Assembly (NCBI GenBank): GCA_963804525.1
Contig: CAWDQO010000005.1
Span: 543,261 to 607,260 of the forward strand
DNA length: 64,000 nucleotides
From: an uncultured Thermoplasmata archaeon
Lineage (GTDB): Archaea > Thermoplasmatota > Thermoplasmata > Lutacidiplasmatales > UBA184
Direction of reading: 5' to 3'
The notes below the pieces were generated by a model. It did no database searches. It was not told the DNA's origin and saw nothing but the letters and a program-made list of their open reading frames with translations. The position numbers were made by a program, and so were the translations under genes. Below, piece after piece: positions 1-9,893 of this stretch (the first letter of the stretch is position 1; every line of letters starts with the position of its first letter).

Positions 1-2
1 AG

Positions 3-560
3 GGCGCCGAGCCCCGCGTTGCTGTTGTTGCCGCCGCCGGTCAGCGCCGCGAAGAACGCGAACTGCGCGATGTAGCTGATCGCCCCGGCGAGGGTCGCGG
101 CGAGGGTCATGAGGAGGATGTCCCGGTCCTTGATGTGGGCGAGCTCGTGGGCGAGGACGCCCCGCAGCTCCCGGTCGTCGAGGAGGTGGAGGATCCCCTC
201 GGTCGCGGCGACGACCGCGTGCCGGTGGTCCCGACCGGTCGCGAACGCGTTCGGGGTCATCGTCGGGACGATGGCGATCCGCGGCGCCTCGAGGCCGAAC
301 ATCGGGGCAAGTTCCTCAACGATCTTCGCGAGCCGGGGCGCCTCCGACGGCTTGACGATCTTCGCGCGGGATGCCCAGAGGACGAACCGGTCGCAGAGGA
401 AGTACGAGATCAGGTTGAACGCGAGGGAGAAGACGAACGCGACGAGGAGCCCCCCGAGGAAGCTTCCGAACAGGTACTCCCCGGCGACCCCCCCGATCAC
501 GACGAACAGGGCGATGATCGCCGCGAACAGCGCCGCGGTGCGCCCCGAGGTGCTCGCCAT
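3..560 (-). CDS. htpX: HtpX-like M48 zinc metalloprotease (5' part; runs off the window start)
   Basis: Manual translation MASTSGRTAALF...TPNAFATGRD...ELRGVLAHELAH (HExxH), with N-terminal TM helices; purine-rich RBS and TTTATA upstream. Not in the ORF track. Confidence 0.9.
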   Translation of the reverse strand, partial: MASTSGRTAALFAAIIALFVVIGGVAGEYLFGSFLGGLLVAFVFSLAFNLISYFLCDRFVLWASRAKIVKPSEAPRLAKIVEELAPMFGLEAPRIAIVPTMTPNAFATGRDHRHAVVAATEGILHLLDDRELRGVLAHELAHIKDRDILLMTLAATLAGAISYIAQFAFFAALTGGGNNSNAGLGA

Positions 561-591
561 CTCCGTCCTCCCGAGTTCGAGCCCGTGGCCG

Positions 592-597
592 TATAAA
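592..597 (-). promoter_or_regulatory. Putative TATA box (TTTATA) of htpX
   Basis: AT-rich hexamer about 32 nt upstream of the ATG in a very GC-rich background. Confidence 0.55.
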
Positions 598-600
598 GGA

Positions 601-1911
601 CTACGCGGCGGCCGGCTCCGGTCCGAGAGGAGCGAGGTGCCGCCGGGCCGACGGCGTCGGATGGTACGTCCCGCGCGGCACGGTTCCGGGTCGCGGGTGG
701 AGGACGGCGGCCTCCGGGGGCCAGCGTCGGTGACAACCCGGGCAACGGTACCCGCGGGACGTACCGAGCGACCTCGCACGGCGGTCGCAGGTGGGGCATT
801 GGGGCGCGGCGGGAATCGAGGCGGACGGTCCGTGCGAGAGGACCCGGATCCCCTCGACCCGGAACACCGGATCCGGGCCGGTGCCGCCCCAGAGCTCGAC
901 GCGGTCGCCGGGTCGAAGTCCCCGCGCGATCCCTGGCAGGACCTTGGTCGGCTCGAACACCCGGCACGGCACGACCCCGGCCGGCATCGCAAGGTCGAGG
1001 GCGACGTGGCCCCCGCGGAGCGGGGTCGGCGGCGAGGCCACGGCCCCCCGGAGCCGTGCCGGGGTGAACGGCGGTAGGGGAGGCATGCGCCGGGTCCGGA
1101 GGTGGTCGCCGGTCCCCTGGTTGGTCCGGAACAGGAGCCACCGGTCCACCGTCTCGGACGTTACCCACTTCCGCGCCCGCAAGGCGCCCTCCGGCGTCCT
1201 CGAACGGAGCCCGTAGAGGATCGGGCAGGGGGTGTGGGGCGCCACGAGAAGGCGACGGGTCCTCGGGTCGAAGCAGAGGAAGAGCGACGGTTCCCGCCGC
1301 GCCGCGTCCCGGACCGAGCTCGGGTCGACGGCGCGGGGACCGGAGGCACCGGCCGTCCGGTAGGCGATCAGCTCCCACGTCCGCCGCCGACCCGGCCAGG
1401 CCACCGCCGCGGCGGCGCCCACGATCCCGCGGTTGGACCCCTCGGTTCGCCACCAGGCTCCCGCGCTCCGCAGGGCTCGTTCCACCGCCGCGGGTTCGAC
1501 CACACCGCCGACGGCCGCATCGGTACCATCCGGCCGGGAGCCGTCGCCGCGCGACGACGAGCGCCGGGTCGGTCCGATCCGCGGGGCGGGACATCGAGCG
1601 GACGAGGTCCCACGCGGCCGTCCGGAATCGGGCGATCTCGGCCTCGCTCGGGGGGCGGGCGCGACGGAACGCCCGGACCGGCGGCCCCGGACCTCGCCGA
1701 TCGTCCGGGCCGGGCCGACGCCATGGCCGAGGGCGACGGAGAGCGAGGCGTTCCCCCGCGTCTTCCAGGGGATGTTCGGGTTCAGCCGGACGAGGCGCGG
1801 CTCCCCGACGACGTCGAGGCCGTGAGCGGCTCCGAGGGCGACGAGCTCGGTGAGGACGTGGGTCGTGCAACCGCCCGAAGGCGAGTCGGTGTCGTCAATT
1901 CCGAGGAGCAT
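601..1911 (-). CDS. tiaS: tRNA(Ile2) 2-agmatinylcytidine synthetase
   Basis: GIDDTDS..GGCTT, LVRLNPNIPWKTRGN, PHTPCPILYGLR, TNQGT, C-terminal CxxC Zn ribbon and RRHL. Two compensating frameshifts near 1683 and 1522 (the intervening segment reads sensibly in another frame). Confidence 0.93.
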   Translation of the reverse strand: MLLGIDDTDSPSGGCTTHVLTELVALGAAHGLDVVGEPRLVRLNPNIPWKTRGNASLSVALGHGVGPARTIGEVRGRRSGRSVAPAPRARPRSPDSGRPRGTSSARCPAPRIGPTRRSSSRGDGSRPDGTDAAVGGVVEPAAVERALRSAGAWWRTEGSNRGIVGAAAAVAWPGRRRTWELIAYRTAGASGPRAVDPSSVRDAARREPSLFLCFDPRTRRLLVAPHTPCPILYGLRSRTPEGALRARKWVTSETVDRWLLFRTNQGTGDHLRTRRMPPLPPFTPARLRGAVASPPTPLRGGHVALDLAMPAGVVPCRVFEPTKVLPGIARGLRPGDRVELWGGTGPDPVFRVEGIRVLSHGPSASIPAAPQCPTCDRRARSLGTSRGYRCPGCHRRWPPEAAVLHPRPGTVPRGTYHPTPSARRHLAPLGPEPAAA

Positions 1912-2797
1912 CGGCGGTTCCTGCGGCCGTGCGGCGGCGACGGCGCCACAGGAGGAGCCCGCCGACGAGGGCGACCGCGGCGACCCCGGTGACGATCAGC
2001 ACGTCGCCGAGCGGGAACGCCGGGTGGAACGTCACGCTGGCGGTCCCCGTCGGCGTGGTCCCGAGGTTGCCGGAGGCGGTCGGCGCCCCGTACCCGAGCG
2101 GGTCGTTCGCGACCGACTGGTCCTGGAACCCGGCGGCAGAGGTGATCGCGGTCCCGGCGGGCCCGGTGACCGAGGCCGAGACGTTCGGCCCCGGGACGGC
2201 GAGTCCGCCGAACAACGACCCGAGCGACAGGTTCCAGTTGATGGCGAGGGTTCCGCTCGTGCCGGTCGGGAGGAACTGCTCGGAGAGGGACGTGATCACG
2301 GTGACCGGCGCGGTCGAGGTGTCCGGGCCGGGCCCGCCGAGGAACGTGATGCCCGTGATCTGGCCGGACCCCGGTGGATTCCCGTTCAGGGACATCGAAA
2401 GGAACCCCGTCCCGGTGAACAGCGTCGAGGGGAGCGTCCCGGTCTCGCTCCGCAGCAGGTCCTCGAACATCGAGACCTCCCCCGGTTCGACCGTGCCGTC
2501 CCGGTTGCCGAACAGGCCGGCGAGGAACGGGCTCGACTCGGCGCCCTCGAGCTCGGCGTAGAGGGCCGCGTGGCTCGACACGTTCCCCGGAAGAAGGTCC
2601 ACGATCGCCGTGAAGTTCCCGTCCATCGCGTACCGGAGCGCCGAGCCGTTCGGGTCAACGATCGACAGCGCGACGTTCACGTCGCCGTTCGTCCCCACGG
2701 TGACCCCCGCCGAGGGGTTCGTCGCCGCCGCGAGCCCCGAGGCGAGGAGGAGGCCGAGGACGACCGCGGCCGGGGCGACCGGCGTCCTCCGGGACAT
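1895..2797 (-). CDS. Secreted, C-terminally anchored protein with an EF-hand-like loop
   Basis: Signal peptide MSRRTPVAPAAVVLGLLL; NRDGTVEPGE loop; C-terminal TM followed by WRRRRR. Confidence 0.75.
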   Translation of the reverse strand: MSRRTPVAPAAVVLGLLLASGLAAATNPSAGVTVGTNGDVNVALSIVDPNGSALRYAMDGNFTAIVDLLPGNVSSHAALYAELEGAESSPFLAGLFGNRDGTVEPGEVSMFEDLLRSETGTLPSTLFTGTGFLSMSLNGNPPGSGQITGITFLGGPGPDTSTAPVTVITSLSEQFLPTGTSGTLAINWNLSLGSLFGGLAVPGPNVSASVTGPAGTAITSAAGFQDQSVANDPLGYGAPTASGNLGTTPTGTASVTFHPAFPLGDVLIVTGVAAVALVGGLLLWRRRRRTAAGTADAPRN

Positions 2798-2811
2798 TCG
2801 ACCTTCGGGGA

Positions 2812-3684
2812 TCACGCCGCGGCGCGGAGGAGCTTCTCGTAGGCCGCCCGGTTCGCCTCGACCCCGATCTCCGCCCGCGCCGGTCCGATCTTGTCCGGCA
2901 GGAGCTTCAGTTCGAGCCCGGGTTCCTTCGGGTTGGGTGCAGCGGGGCGGTGCATGACGCCGACCGGGATCTTTCCGGATTGCATCGTCTCCACGCAGAG
3001 GCGGAACGTCGTCTGGCGGTCGGTGGGGTCGTACCCCGGGAGGGTGGCAACGTCGACGATCCGGGCCCGCCAATCCTTGAACGTATCGTTGTAGGTGACG
3101 CACGGCGACAGGTCCTCGACGAACGCGAACCCGCGGTTCTCCCGGTTGAACCGGATCGCCTCGACGAACACCTGGGTCATCGTCTTCGGGTCGCCGGAGA
3201 ACGTGCGGGCGATGAAGTTCGGGACCGGGATCGAGAGCGCGGTCAGGATCGCGTCGAACGGCGCCTCGACGTTCCCCTCGAAGCCGACCTGGCTCGTCGG
3301 GGACGCCTGCCCCTTCGTCAGGCCGTACGTCTCGTTGTTCATGACGACGTAGAGGAACGACGCGTTCTTCTTGAACGCGTGCATGAAATGGCCCATCCCG
3401 ATCGCGTAGCCGTCCCCGTCGCCGCCGGCGGCGATCACGGTGAGCTCCGGGTTCGAGAGCTTCACGCCGACCGCCTGCGCGAGCAGTCGCCCATGGAGCG
3501 CGTGGATCCCGTTCGTCTCGATGAAATTGTGGATTCCGCCGGAGCACCCAATCCCGCCGACGAGGACAACCTCGTGCGCGGGTACGCCGACCTCGGCGAT
3601 CGCCTTCTTGATCGCGGCGAGCGTTCCGAAGTCCCCGCACCCGGGACACCACGTCGACGCGACCGGCTTCACCGAGGTCACCAT
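2812..3684 (-). CDS. korB: 2-oxoacid:ferredoxin oxidoreductase beta subunit
   Basis: WCPGCGDFG, GIGCS, HGR, TPP motif GGDGD...NN, YGLTKGQASPT, SPCVTYN. Confidence 0.95.
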   Translation of the reverse strand: MVTSVKPVASTWCPGCGDFGTLAAIKKAIAEVGVPAHEVVLVGGIGCSGGIHNFIETNGIHALHGRLLAQAVGVKLSNPELTVIAAGGDGDGYAIGMGHFMHAFKKNASFLYVVMNNETYGLTKGQASPTSQVGFEGNVEAPFDAILTALSIPVPNFIARTFSGDPKTMTQVFVEAIRFNRENRGFAFVEDLSPCVTYNDTFKDWRARIVDVATLPGYDPTDRQTTFRLCVETMQSGKIPVGVMHRPAAPNPKEPGLELKLLPDKIGPARAEIGVEANRAAYEKLLRAAA

Positions 3685-3686
3685 CG

Positions 3687-5483
3687 TCAGGTCCCTCCCC
3701 GGATCGGAGCGACGATCTCCGGCGCCCGGAACGAATCGCCGTCGAACTTGCGGATCGAGCGGAGCTTGCGGTAGTGCTGGGGGAGCGCCCCCCGGATCAG
3801 GTCCTCGAACTGGCCGGTGTAGTTGTGCTCGACGATGTACGCCCGGTCGACCGACGCGAGGAACGGCTCGAGGGTCTTGACCGGGACCGGGAAGAGGGTC
3901 CGGGCGTTGTAGAACCGGGTCGCGAACCCTTCCCGCTCCAGGATCGCCTGCGCCTCGCGGATCGGGCCGAACGTCGAACCGTAGCCGATGATCCCGACCT
4001 TCGCTCCGGGCGCTCCGAACAGGTGGGGGACCGGGAGCTCGGGCTCGACGTGGATGAGCTTCCCCATCCGCTTCTGCATCATCTTGACCCGGTTCACCGG
4101 ATTCACCGAAACGTGGCCGAGCTCGTTGTGCTCGTTCCCGGTCACCTGGCTGAACACGCCGGGAGTTCCGGGGAGGACGTACGGGGAGACCCCGTTGGGG
4201 GTGAATTGGTAGTGGGCGTAGGTCGTGAGCTTCTGGACCTGCTCCGCCGTGAGCCGGGTGCCCCGGTCGACCTCCACGCCCTTCAGCTGGAACGGCTCGG
4301 CGGTGGTCGTGTTCTGGCAGAGCGCCTGGTCGAGCAGGAGGATGACGGGGAGCCTCCACTTCTCCGCGAGGTTCAGCGCCTGGACGGTGATCTCGAAGCA
4401 ATCCTCGACCGTTCCGGGCGCGAGGATCAGCCGCGGGTACTCGCCATGGCCGAGGTGGGCCAGGTGGGCGAGGTCGGATTGCTCGTGGCGGGTCGGCTCC
4501 CCCGTCGAGGGGCCCACGCGCTGGCAGTCGGCGACGACGATCGGGACCTCGGCGGTCCCGGCGTGCCCGATCCCCTCGGTCATGAGCGAGAGGCCCGGTC
4601 CGCTCGTCGAGGTCATCACGCGGGCGCCGGCGTACGACGCCCCGATGATCATGTTGATCGCCGCGAGCTCGTCCTCGGCCTGCCGGACGACGCCGTGGAA
4701 CGCGGGAAGGTACCGCATGAGGTACTCCATGACCTCGGTCGCGGGCGTGATCGGGTACCCCGCGAAGAACCGCCCGCCGCCGACGACGAAGCCGAGTGCG
4801 ACCGCCTGGTTGCCGATGGTGAGGATCTGGTGCTGGGCATCCCCGTCGACCACGTGCCACCGGTCGGCGAGCCCGGGGGTGTCGGTCGCCGCCTTTCGGC
4901 CGATCTCCAGGGCGGTGAGGTTCTTCTGGAGCGCTTCGCCGCCCCGCCGGGCGAACCGCTCCTCGATCACCGCGCGGGTCTGTGCCGGGTCGAACCCCAT
5001 GAGGACCGAGATCGCGCCGTAGGCGGCGGTGTTCTTGTAGATCGGCTGGCCGACCGCGCCGCCGACCATCGTGGCGAACGGAAAGCCGACGGCGTTCGGC
5101 CCTTCGAGCTGGAACGATGTCGAGTCGTAAAGGATCGCCCCGTCGGGGGCGAGCTCGGCGCGGCCGATCTCGGCCGCTTCCTTGTCGAACGCGACGATCA
5201 ATTCGACGTCCGACTTCACCGCGGCCGTCGGTTCCCGGGAGGCCCGGATCGACGCGTCGGCGTGTCCGCCCCGGATCCGGGACAGGACGTTCCTCGAAGT
5301 GTAGACGTAGAGTCCGCGCTTCCGGAAGTAGCGCCCGAGGAGGTCGGAGACGGTGAGCGTCCCGTCGCCCCCCTGTCCCCCGATCATGACGGCGAGGTCG
5401 CTGAGCTCCTTCGGCCGGGGCGGAGTGCCTTGGCCCCCGGCCGTGGCCGGGTGCGGCGTCGATTGCGCGGCCGGAGTAGTCAT
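3687..5483 (-). CDS. korA: 2-oxoacid:ferredoxin oxidoreductase alpha subunit (gamma-alpha fusion type)
   Basis: GGQGGDG, SRIRGGH, YPITPATE, QAEDE, TSGPGLSLMTE, QRVGPSTG. Confidence 0.95.
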   Translation of the reverse strand: MTTPAAQSTPHPATAGGQGTPPRPKELSDLAVMIGGQGGDGTLTVSDLLGRYFRKRGLYVYTSRNVLSRIRGGHADASIRASREPTAAVKSDVELIVAFDKEAAEIGRAELAPDGAILYDSTSFQLEGPNAVGFPFATMVGGAVGQPIYKNTAAYGAISVLMGFDPAQTRAVIEERFARRGGEALQKNLTALEIGRKAATDTPGLADRWHVVDGDAQHQILTIGNQAVALGFVVGGGRFFAGYPITPATEVMEYLMRYLPAFHGVVRQAEDELAAINMIIGASYAGARVMTSTSGPGLSLMTEGIGHAGTAEVPIVVADCQRVGPSTGEPTRHEQSDLAHLAHLGHGEYPRLILAPGTVEDCFEITVQALNLAEKWRLPVILLLDQALCQNTTTAEPFQLKGVEVDRGTRLTAEQVQKLTTYAHYQFTPNGVSPYVLPGTPGVFSQVTGNEHNELGHVSVNPVNRVKMMQKRMGKLIHVEPELPVPHLFGAPGAKVGIIGYGSTFGPIREAQAILEREGFATRFYNARTLFPVPVKTLEPFLASVDRAYIVEHNYTGQFEDLIRGALPQHYRKLRSIRKFDGDSFRAPEIVAPIRGGT

Positions 5484-5691
5484 GGAACTTCCGTCGGACG
5501 CGTGGCGTGTCCGTTCGTAGCGATTCGAGGGTGCGGGTCTATTTAACGGTGGGGACGCGAGCCGTTTTTCCGGCGGCCGGAACGGCGGAAATCCGGGCGG
5601 ACGACGCGGGGTCGCCACGGCGGGAGATGCGGCCGTACGTTAGCGTACAAACGTCGGGTCTGTGGAAAGGTTATCTCGCTCGCGCCGCTCG

Positions 5692-6949
5692 ATGCGCCCG
5701 ATGCCGGACCGGCAGCTCGTCGAGAATTATCACACGGCCACCGCGAGCCAGCGACGGTTCGCGAAGCCGATCCAGTTCTGGGACGAGACGCTCCGCGACG
5801 GCGAACAGATGCCGGGCGTCCACTTCTCGCCGGAGGAGAAGCTCCGGATCGCCACCGTCCTGAGCGACGTCGGAGTCTCCGTGATCGACGCCGGAATTCC
5901 CGTCGTTTCCCCGGACGAGGCGGCGGCGGTCCGCCGGGTCGCCGGCGCCGGGCTCTCGGCGAAGATCCTCGCCTCGGCCCGCACGGTGCCGGGGGACGTC
6001 GACGCCGTGATCCGGAGCGGCGCCACGCACATCGCGATCTTCGTCGCGGCGAGCGAGGTCCATCTCCGGTACAAGCTGAAGATGACCCAGGACGAGGTCG
6101 TCGCGGCCTCGCTCGCGACCGTCCGCCAGGCGAAGGACGCCGGACTCCACGTCGCGTTCGTGACCGAGGACACGGTCCGGGCCCCGTTCGACTTCGTGGA
6201 GCGCCTCTATACGGAGGTCAAGAACGCCGGCGCCGACCGGCTCGTCCTCTCCGACACGGTCGGGATCATGACCCCGCTCACGTTCCGCTGGTACCTGGAA
6301 GAGTTCGCGCGAAGGGTCCGTCCGACCGACTGGTCGGTCCACTGCCACAACGACTTCGGCCTCGCGGTCGCGAACACGCTCACCGCGTGCGAGGTCGGGG
6401 TCACGGCCCCCCACGTCTGCGTCAACGGCCTCGGCGAGCGGGCGGGGAACGCTTCGCTCGAAGAGGTCGTCGTCGCGCTCGAGTCGCTGTACCAGGTGTC
6501 CACGGGGATCCGGACCGACCGGCTCTACGAGCTTTCCCGGCTCGTCGAGGAGATCTCCGGTGTCCCGATCCCGCCGAACAAGGCGCTCGTCGGGTACAAT
6601 TCGTTCAGCCACGAGGCGGGGATCCACACCCACGGGGTGCTCGCCCACACGCTGACGTACGAGCCGCTGCAGCCGGAGGTCGTCGGGCGTCACCGCCAGA
6701 TGATCCTCGGCAAGCACACCGGGAAGGCGGCCCTCGTCGAGAAGCTGAAGGAGCGGAACGTGACGGCCACCGACCCGCTCCTCGCAGAACTCCTCCGTCG
6801 GGTCAAGGAGGGCGGGGAGGCTCGGGGAAAGGAGCAGCTGGGAGCGTTCCTCGCGGAGTACCGGTCGCTGTTCGAGCACCCCGGGCATCTCCGACGCCGA
6901 GTTCTGGCAGATGGTGGTCGACGCGGGAATCCCCTTGGAGGCTGCATGA
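5692..6949 (+). CDS. LeuA/AksA/homocitrate-synthase-family 2-oxoacid condensing enzyme, without C-terminal regulatory domain
   Basis: DETLRDGEQ, HCHNDFG, NGLGERAGN, HEAGIH, LGKHTG. One extra base near 6880; the corrected end ...PGISDAEFWQMVVDAGIPLEAA stops at TGA 6947-6949, overlapping the next ATG. Start is 5692 or 5701. Confidence 0.88.
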
Positions 6950-8232
6950 GCGCGAACGGAGGCCACGGAGCGACCCTTGCCGAGAAGATCCTCGCCCGGG
7001 CGAGCGGACTCGAAACGGTCGTCCCCGGACAGATCATCGAGGGACAGGTCGACCTCGCGATGATGCACGAGCAGGGGGCGCAGACGGTCGGTCCGTTCCA
7101 CGAGATGGGCGCGACGGAGGTCTGGGACCCCGAACGGGTCGTCATCGCCATCGACCACTGGGTCCCGGCGTCGACCGAGGGGGCCGCCGTCCTGCACCGG
7201 ATCTTGCGCAAGTTCGCCAACGAGCAGCACCTTCCCCACTTCTACGACGTCGGCAACCACGGGATCTGCCACCAGATCCTCGCCGAGAACGGCTGGGTCG
7301 TTCCGGGCGACCTCGCGGTCGGCACCGACTCCCACACGAACATGCTGGGGGCGATGGGCGCCGTCGCGGCCGGGATCGGTCCGACGGAGATGGCCGCGGT
7401 GCTCGCGCTCGGCCGGCTCTGGCTGAAGGTCCCCCCGACGATCCGCGTCAACGTCCGGGGAACGCTCGGTCCGGGCGTCGTGGCGAAGGACCTCGTCCTC
7501 CGGATCCTCGGCGAGGTGAAGACGACCGGCGCGACGTACAAGTCCGTCGAGTACGGCGGTCCGGCGATCGCCGCGCTGTCGATGCCCGAGCGGTTCACGA
7601 TCTGCAACATGACCACCGAGATGGGCGCGAAGTGCGGCATGGTCGCGCCCGACCAGACCACGTACGAGTACCTCGCGAAGATCGCGAAGCACTCGATGCA
7701 CCCGCTCCAGCCGGATGCGGACGCGAAGTACGAGCGGACGATCGACGTCGACCTGACGGGAATGGAACCGATGGTCGCGTGCCCGTACTCCCCGGACAAC
7801 GTCCGCCCGCTCCCCGACGTCGTCCGCGAGCACGTCAAGATCGACCAGGCGTTCCTCGGCTCCTGCACGAACGCCCGCATCGAGGACCTGAGGGAAGGGG
7901 CGGCGCTGATGCGGGGACACAAGGTCCACCCCGGGGTCCGGTTCATCGTCTCTCCGGCGTCGACGGCGATCTACCAGCAGGCGCTCCAGGAGGGGCTCCT
8001 CGAACTGTTCACCGACGCCGGGGCGGTCTTCACGAATTCGAGCTGTTCCGCGTGCTTCGGCGGCAACATGGGGATCATCGCCCCGGACGAGGTCTGCGCG
8101 TCGTCCTCGAACCGGAACTTTCCCGGACGGATGGGCCCCAAGGAGGGCCGGATCTACCTGATGAGCCCGGCCGCGGTCGTCGCGAGCGCCATCAAGGGCG
8201 AGGTCGCCGACCCGCGCGAGGTTCCGGCGTAG
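6946..8232 (+). CDS. leuC: 3-isopropylmalate dehydratase/homoaconitase large subunit
   Basis: TLAEKIL, DHW, GICHQ, DSHT, GSCTN, CSACFG, SSNRNFPGRMG. Confidence 0.92.
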   Translation: MSANGGHGATLAEKILARASGLETVVPGQIIEGQVDLAMMHEQGAQTVGPFHEMGATEVWDPERVVIAIDHWVPASTEGAAVLHRILRKFANEQHLPHFYDVGNHGICHQILAENGWVVPGDLAVGTDSHTNMLGAMGAVAAGIGPTEMAAVLALGRLWLKVPPTIRVNVRGTLGPGVVAKDLVLRILGEVKTTGATYKSVEYGGPAIAALSMPERFTICNMTTEMGAKCGMVAPDQTTYEYLAKIAKHSMHPLQPDADAKYERTIDVDLTGMEPMVACPYSPDNVRPLPDVVREHVKIDQAFLGSCTNARIEDLREGAALMRGHKVHPGVRFIVSPASTAIYQQALQEGLLELFTDAGAVFTNSSCSACFGGNMGIIAPDEVCASSSNRNFPGRMGPKEGRIYLMSPAAVVASAIKGEVADPREVPA

Positions 8233-8241
8233 GAGGGTTCG

Positions 8242-8763
8242 ATGCTCGAGGTCATCGAAGGTCGGGTGTGGGTCCTCGGGGCCGACGTGGACACCGACGG
8301 GATCATCGGCGGAAAGTATCTCACGATCATCGACCCGAACGAGCTGAAGAAGCACGTCTTCGAGATCGCCCTCCCCGAGTTCGCGAAGGGGGCCCGGCCC
8401 GGCGACATCATCGTGGCGGGAGAGAACTTCGGCTGCGGGTCGAGCCGGGAGCACGCCCCCCAGGCGATGCGGGCGATCGGCGTCGGCGCGGTCGTGGCGG
8501 ACTCGTTCGCCCGGATCTTCTTCCGCAACTCGATCAACCTCGGCCTCCCGACGGTCGAGGCCCGGGGGGTCCGGGCGATCTTCGAGCAGGGGGACGTCGC
8601 GCGGATCGAGATGCGCGGCGGCAAGGTCACCAATACCCGCACCGGAGCATCGGTCCAGTTTCCCCCGCTCCCGCACCATCTGCTCGAGCTCCTCGACGTC
8701 GGCGGGCTCGTTCCGAAGGTCCGCCAGGAGCTCGAGGCACGGGCCCGCGGGGCCCCGGCATGA
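8242..8763 (+). CDS. leuD: 3-isopropylmalate dehydratase/homoaconitase small subunit
   Basis: DVDTD, NFGCGSSREHAP, SFARIFFRN. Confidence 0.92.
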   Translation: MLEVIEGRVWVLGADVDTDGIIGGKYLTIIDPNELKKHVFEIALPEFAKGARPGDIIVAGENFGCGSSREHAPQAMRAIGVGAVVADSFARIFFRNSINLGLPTVEARGVRAIFEQGDVARIEMRGGKVTNTRTGASVQFPPLPHHLLELLDVGGLVPKVRQELEARARGAPA

Positions 8764-9893
8764 GCTCGACCAGCTACCGAATCGTGGCCCTGCCCGGAGA
8801 CGGGACGGGACCCGAGGTGATCCGGGAGGGCCGGAAGGTCCTGGACGCCCTCGGGGAGAACGGACCGGCCCCCTGGACGGTCGACGAGCGTCCGGGCGGC
8901 GCGCAGTACTACCTGAAGACCGGGAAGGAGCTTGACCCGGAGACCCTGACCGCCGCCCGGGACGCCGACGCACTCCTCCTCGGGGCGGTGGGATGGCCCG
9001 GCGCCTCGCTGCCGAACGGGGACATCGCCGGCGCGGCTCTGGTCCTCGGGATGCGCCAGAACCTCGACCTCTATGCGAACGTGCGGCCGTGCAAGCTCTA
9101 CCCGGGCGTGCTCCACCGGATCGGAAAGTCGTACCAATCGGTCTGGCCGCCCGAGCTCGTCGACATGGTGATCATCCGCGAGAACACGGAGGGGCTCTAC
9201 ACCCCGGCCCGCGGCCGGCTGCGCCGCGCCGAGGAGACCGAGGTCGCGATCGACACCCGCGTCATCACCCGGAAAGGGGCCGAGCGGGTCATCCGGTACG
9301 CGTTCGACCTCGCCACCCGGAGGCCTCGCGGCGCGCCGGAGGACGGCGTGAAGCGGGTCACCTGCGTCGACAAGTCGAACGTCCTCGAGGGGTGCCGGTT
9401 CTTCCGGGAGACGTTCGACCGGGTCGCGAAGGACTACCCGACGATCGAGAAGGACTACGCGCTCGTGGATGCGTTCACCCAGTGGCTCGTGCGAAACCCC
9501 GAGCACTACAACGTCGTGGTCTCGACCAACATGATGGGCGACATCATCACCGACCTCGCCAGCGTCCTGCAGGGCGGGATGGGGTTCGCGGCCGGGGGGA
9601 ACATCGGCGACCACCACGCGATGTTCGAGCCGGTCCACGGCAGCGCCCCGAAGTACGCCGGCAAGAACCAGGTGAACCCGTTCGCGACGTTCGCGGCGGT
9701 CGAGATGCTCCTCCGCTGGCTGGGCGAGCGCAACTCCGATACCGCTCTTCTCCGCCAGGCGGACCGTCTGGGAACCGCCGTCGCGACGACGATCGCGGCG
9801 GGGACCGCGCGGACGTACGACCAGGGCGGCCACGTCTCCACGAGCGAGGCCGGCGACCGGGTCGCCGACGCGGTCCGGGCGGTGCCGGCATGA
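8760..9893 (+). CDS. leuB: Isopropylmalate/isocitrate dehydrogenase family decarboxylating dehydrogenase
   Basis: PGDGTGPEV, LDLYANVRP, RENTEGLY, VDKSNVL, NMMGDIITD, EPVHGSAP; ATGA overlap with leuD. Confidence 0.9.
   Translation: MSSTSYRIVALPGDGTGPEVIREGRKVLDALGENGPAPWTVDERPGGAQYYLKTGKELDPETLTAARDADALLLGAVGWPGASLPNGDIAGAALVLGMRQNLDLYANVRPCKLYPGVLHRIGKSYQSVWPPELVDMVIIRENTEGLYTPARGRLRRAEETEVAIDTRVITRKGAERVIRYAFDLATRRPRGAPEDGVKRVTCVDKSNVLEGCRFFRETFDRVAKDYPTIEKDYALVDAFTQWLVRNPEHYNVVVSTNMMGDIITDLASVLQGGMGFAAGGNIGDHHAMFEPVHGSAPKYAGKNQVNPFATFAAVEMLLRWLGERNSDTALLRQADRLGTAVATTIAAGTARTYDQGGHVSTSEAGDRVADAVRAVPA

Noticed and set aside
5662..8232. Apparent 856-aa LeuA-LeuC fusion
   Set aside because: Removing one base in CACCCCGGG (about 6880) gives a natural synthase C-terminus ending in an ATGA overlap like the rest of the operon; most likely a sequencing error.
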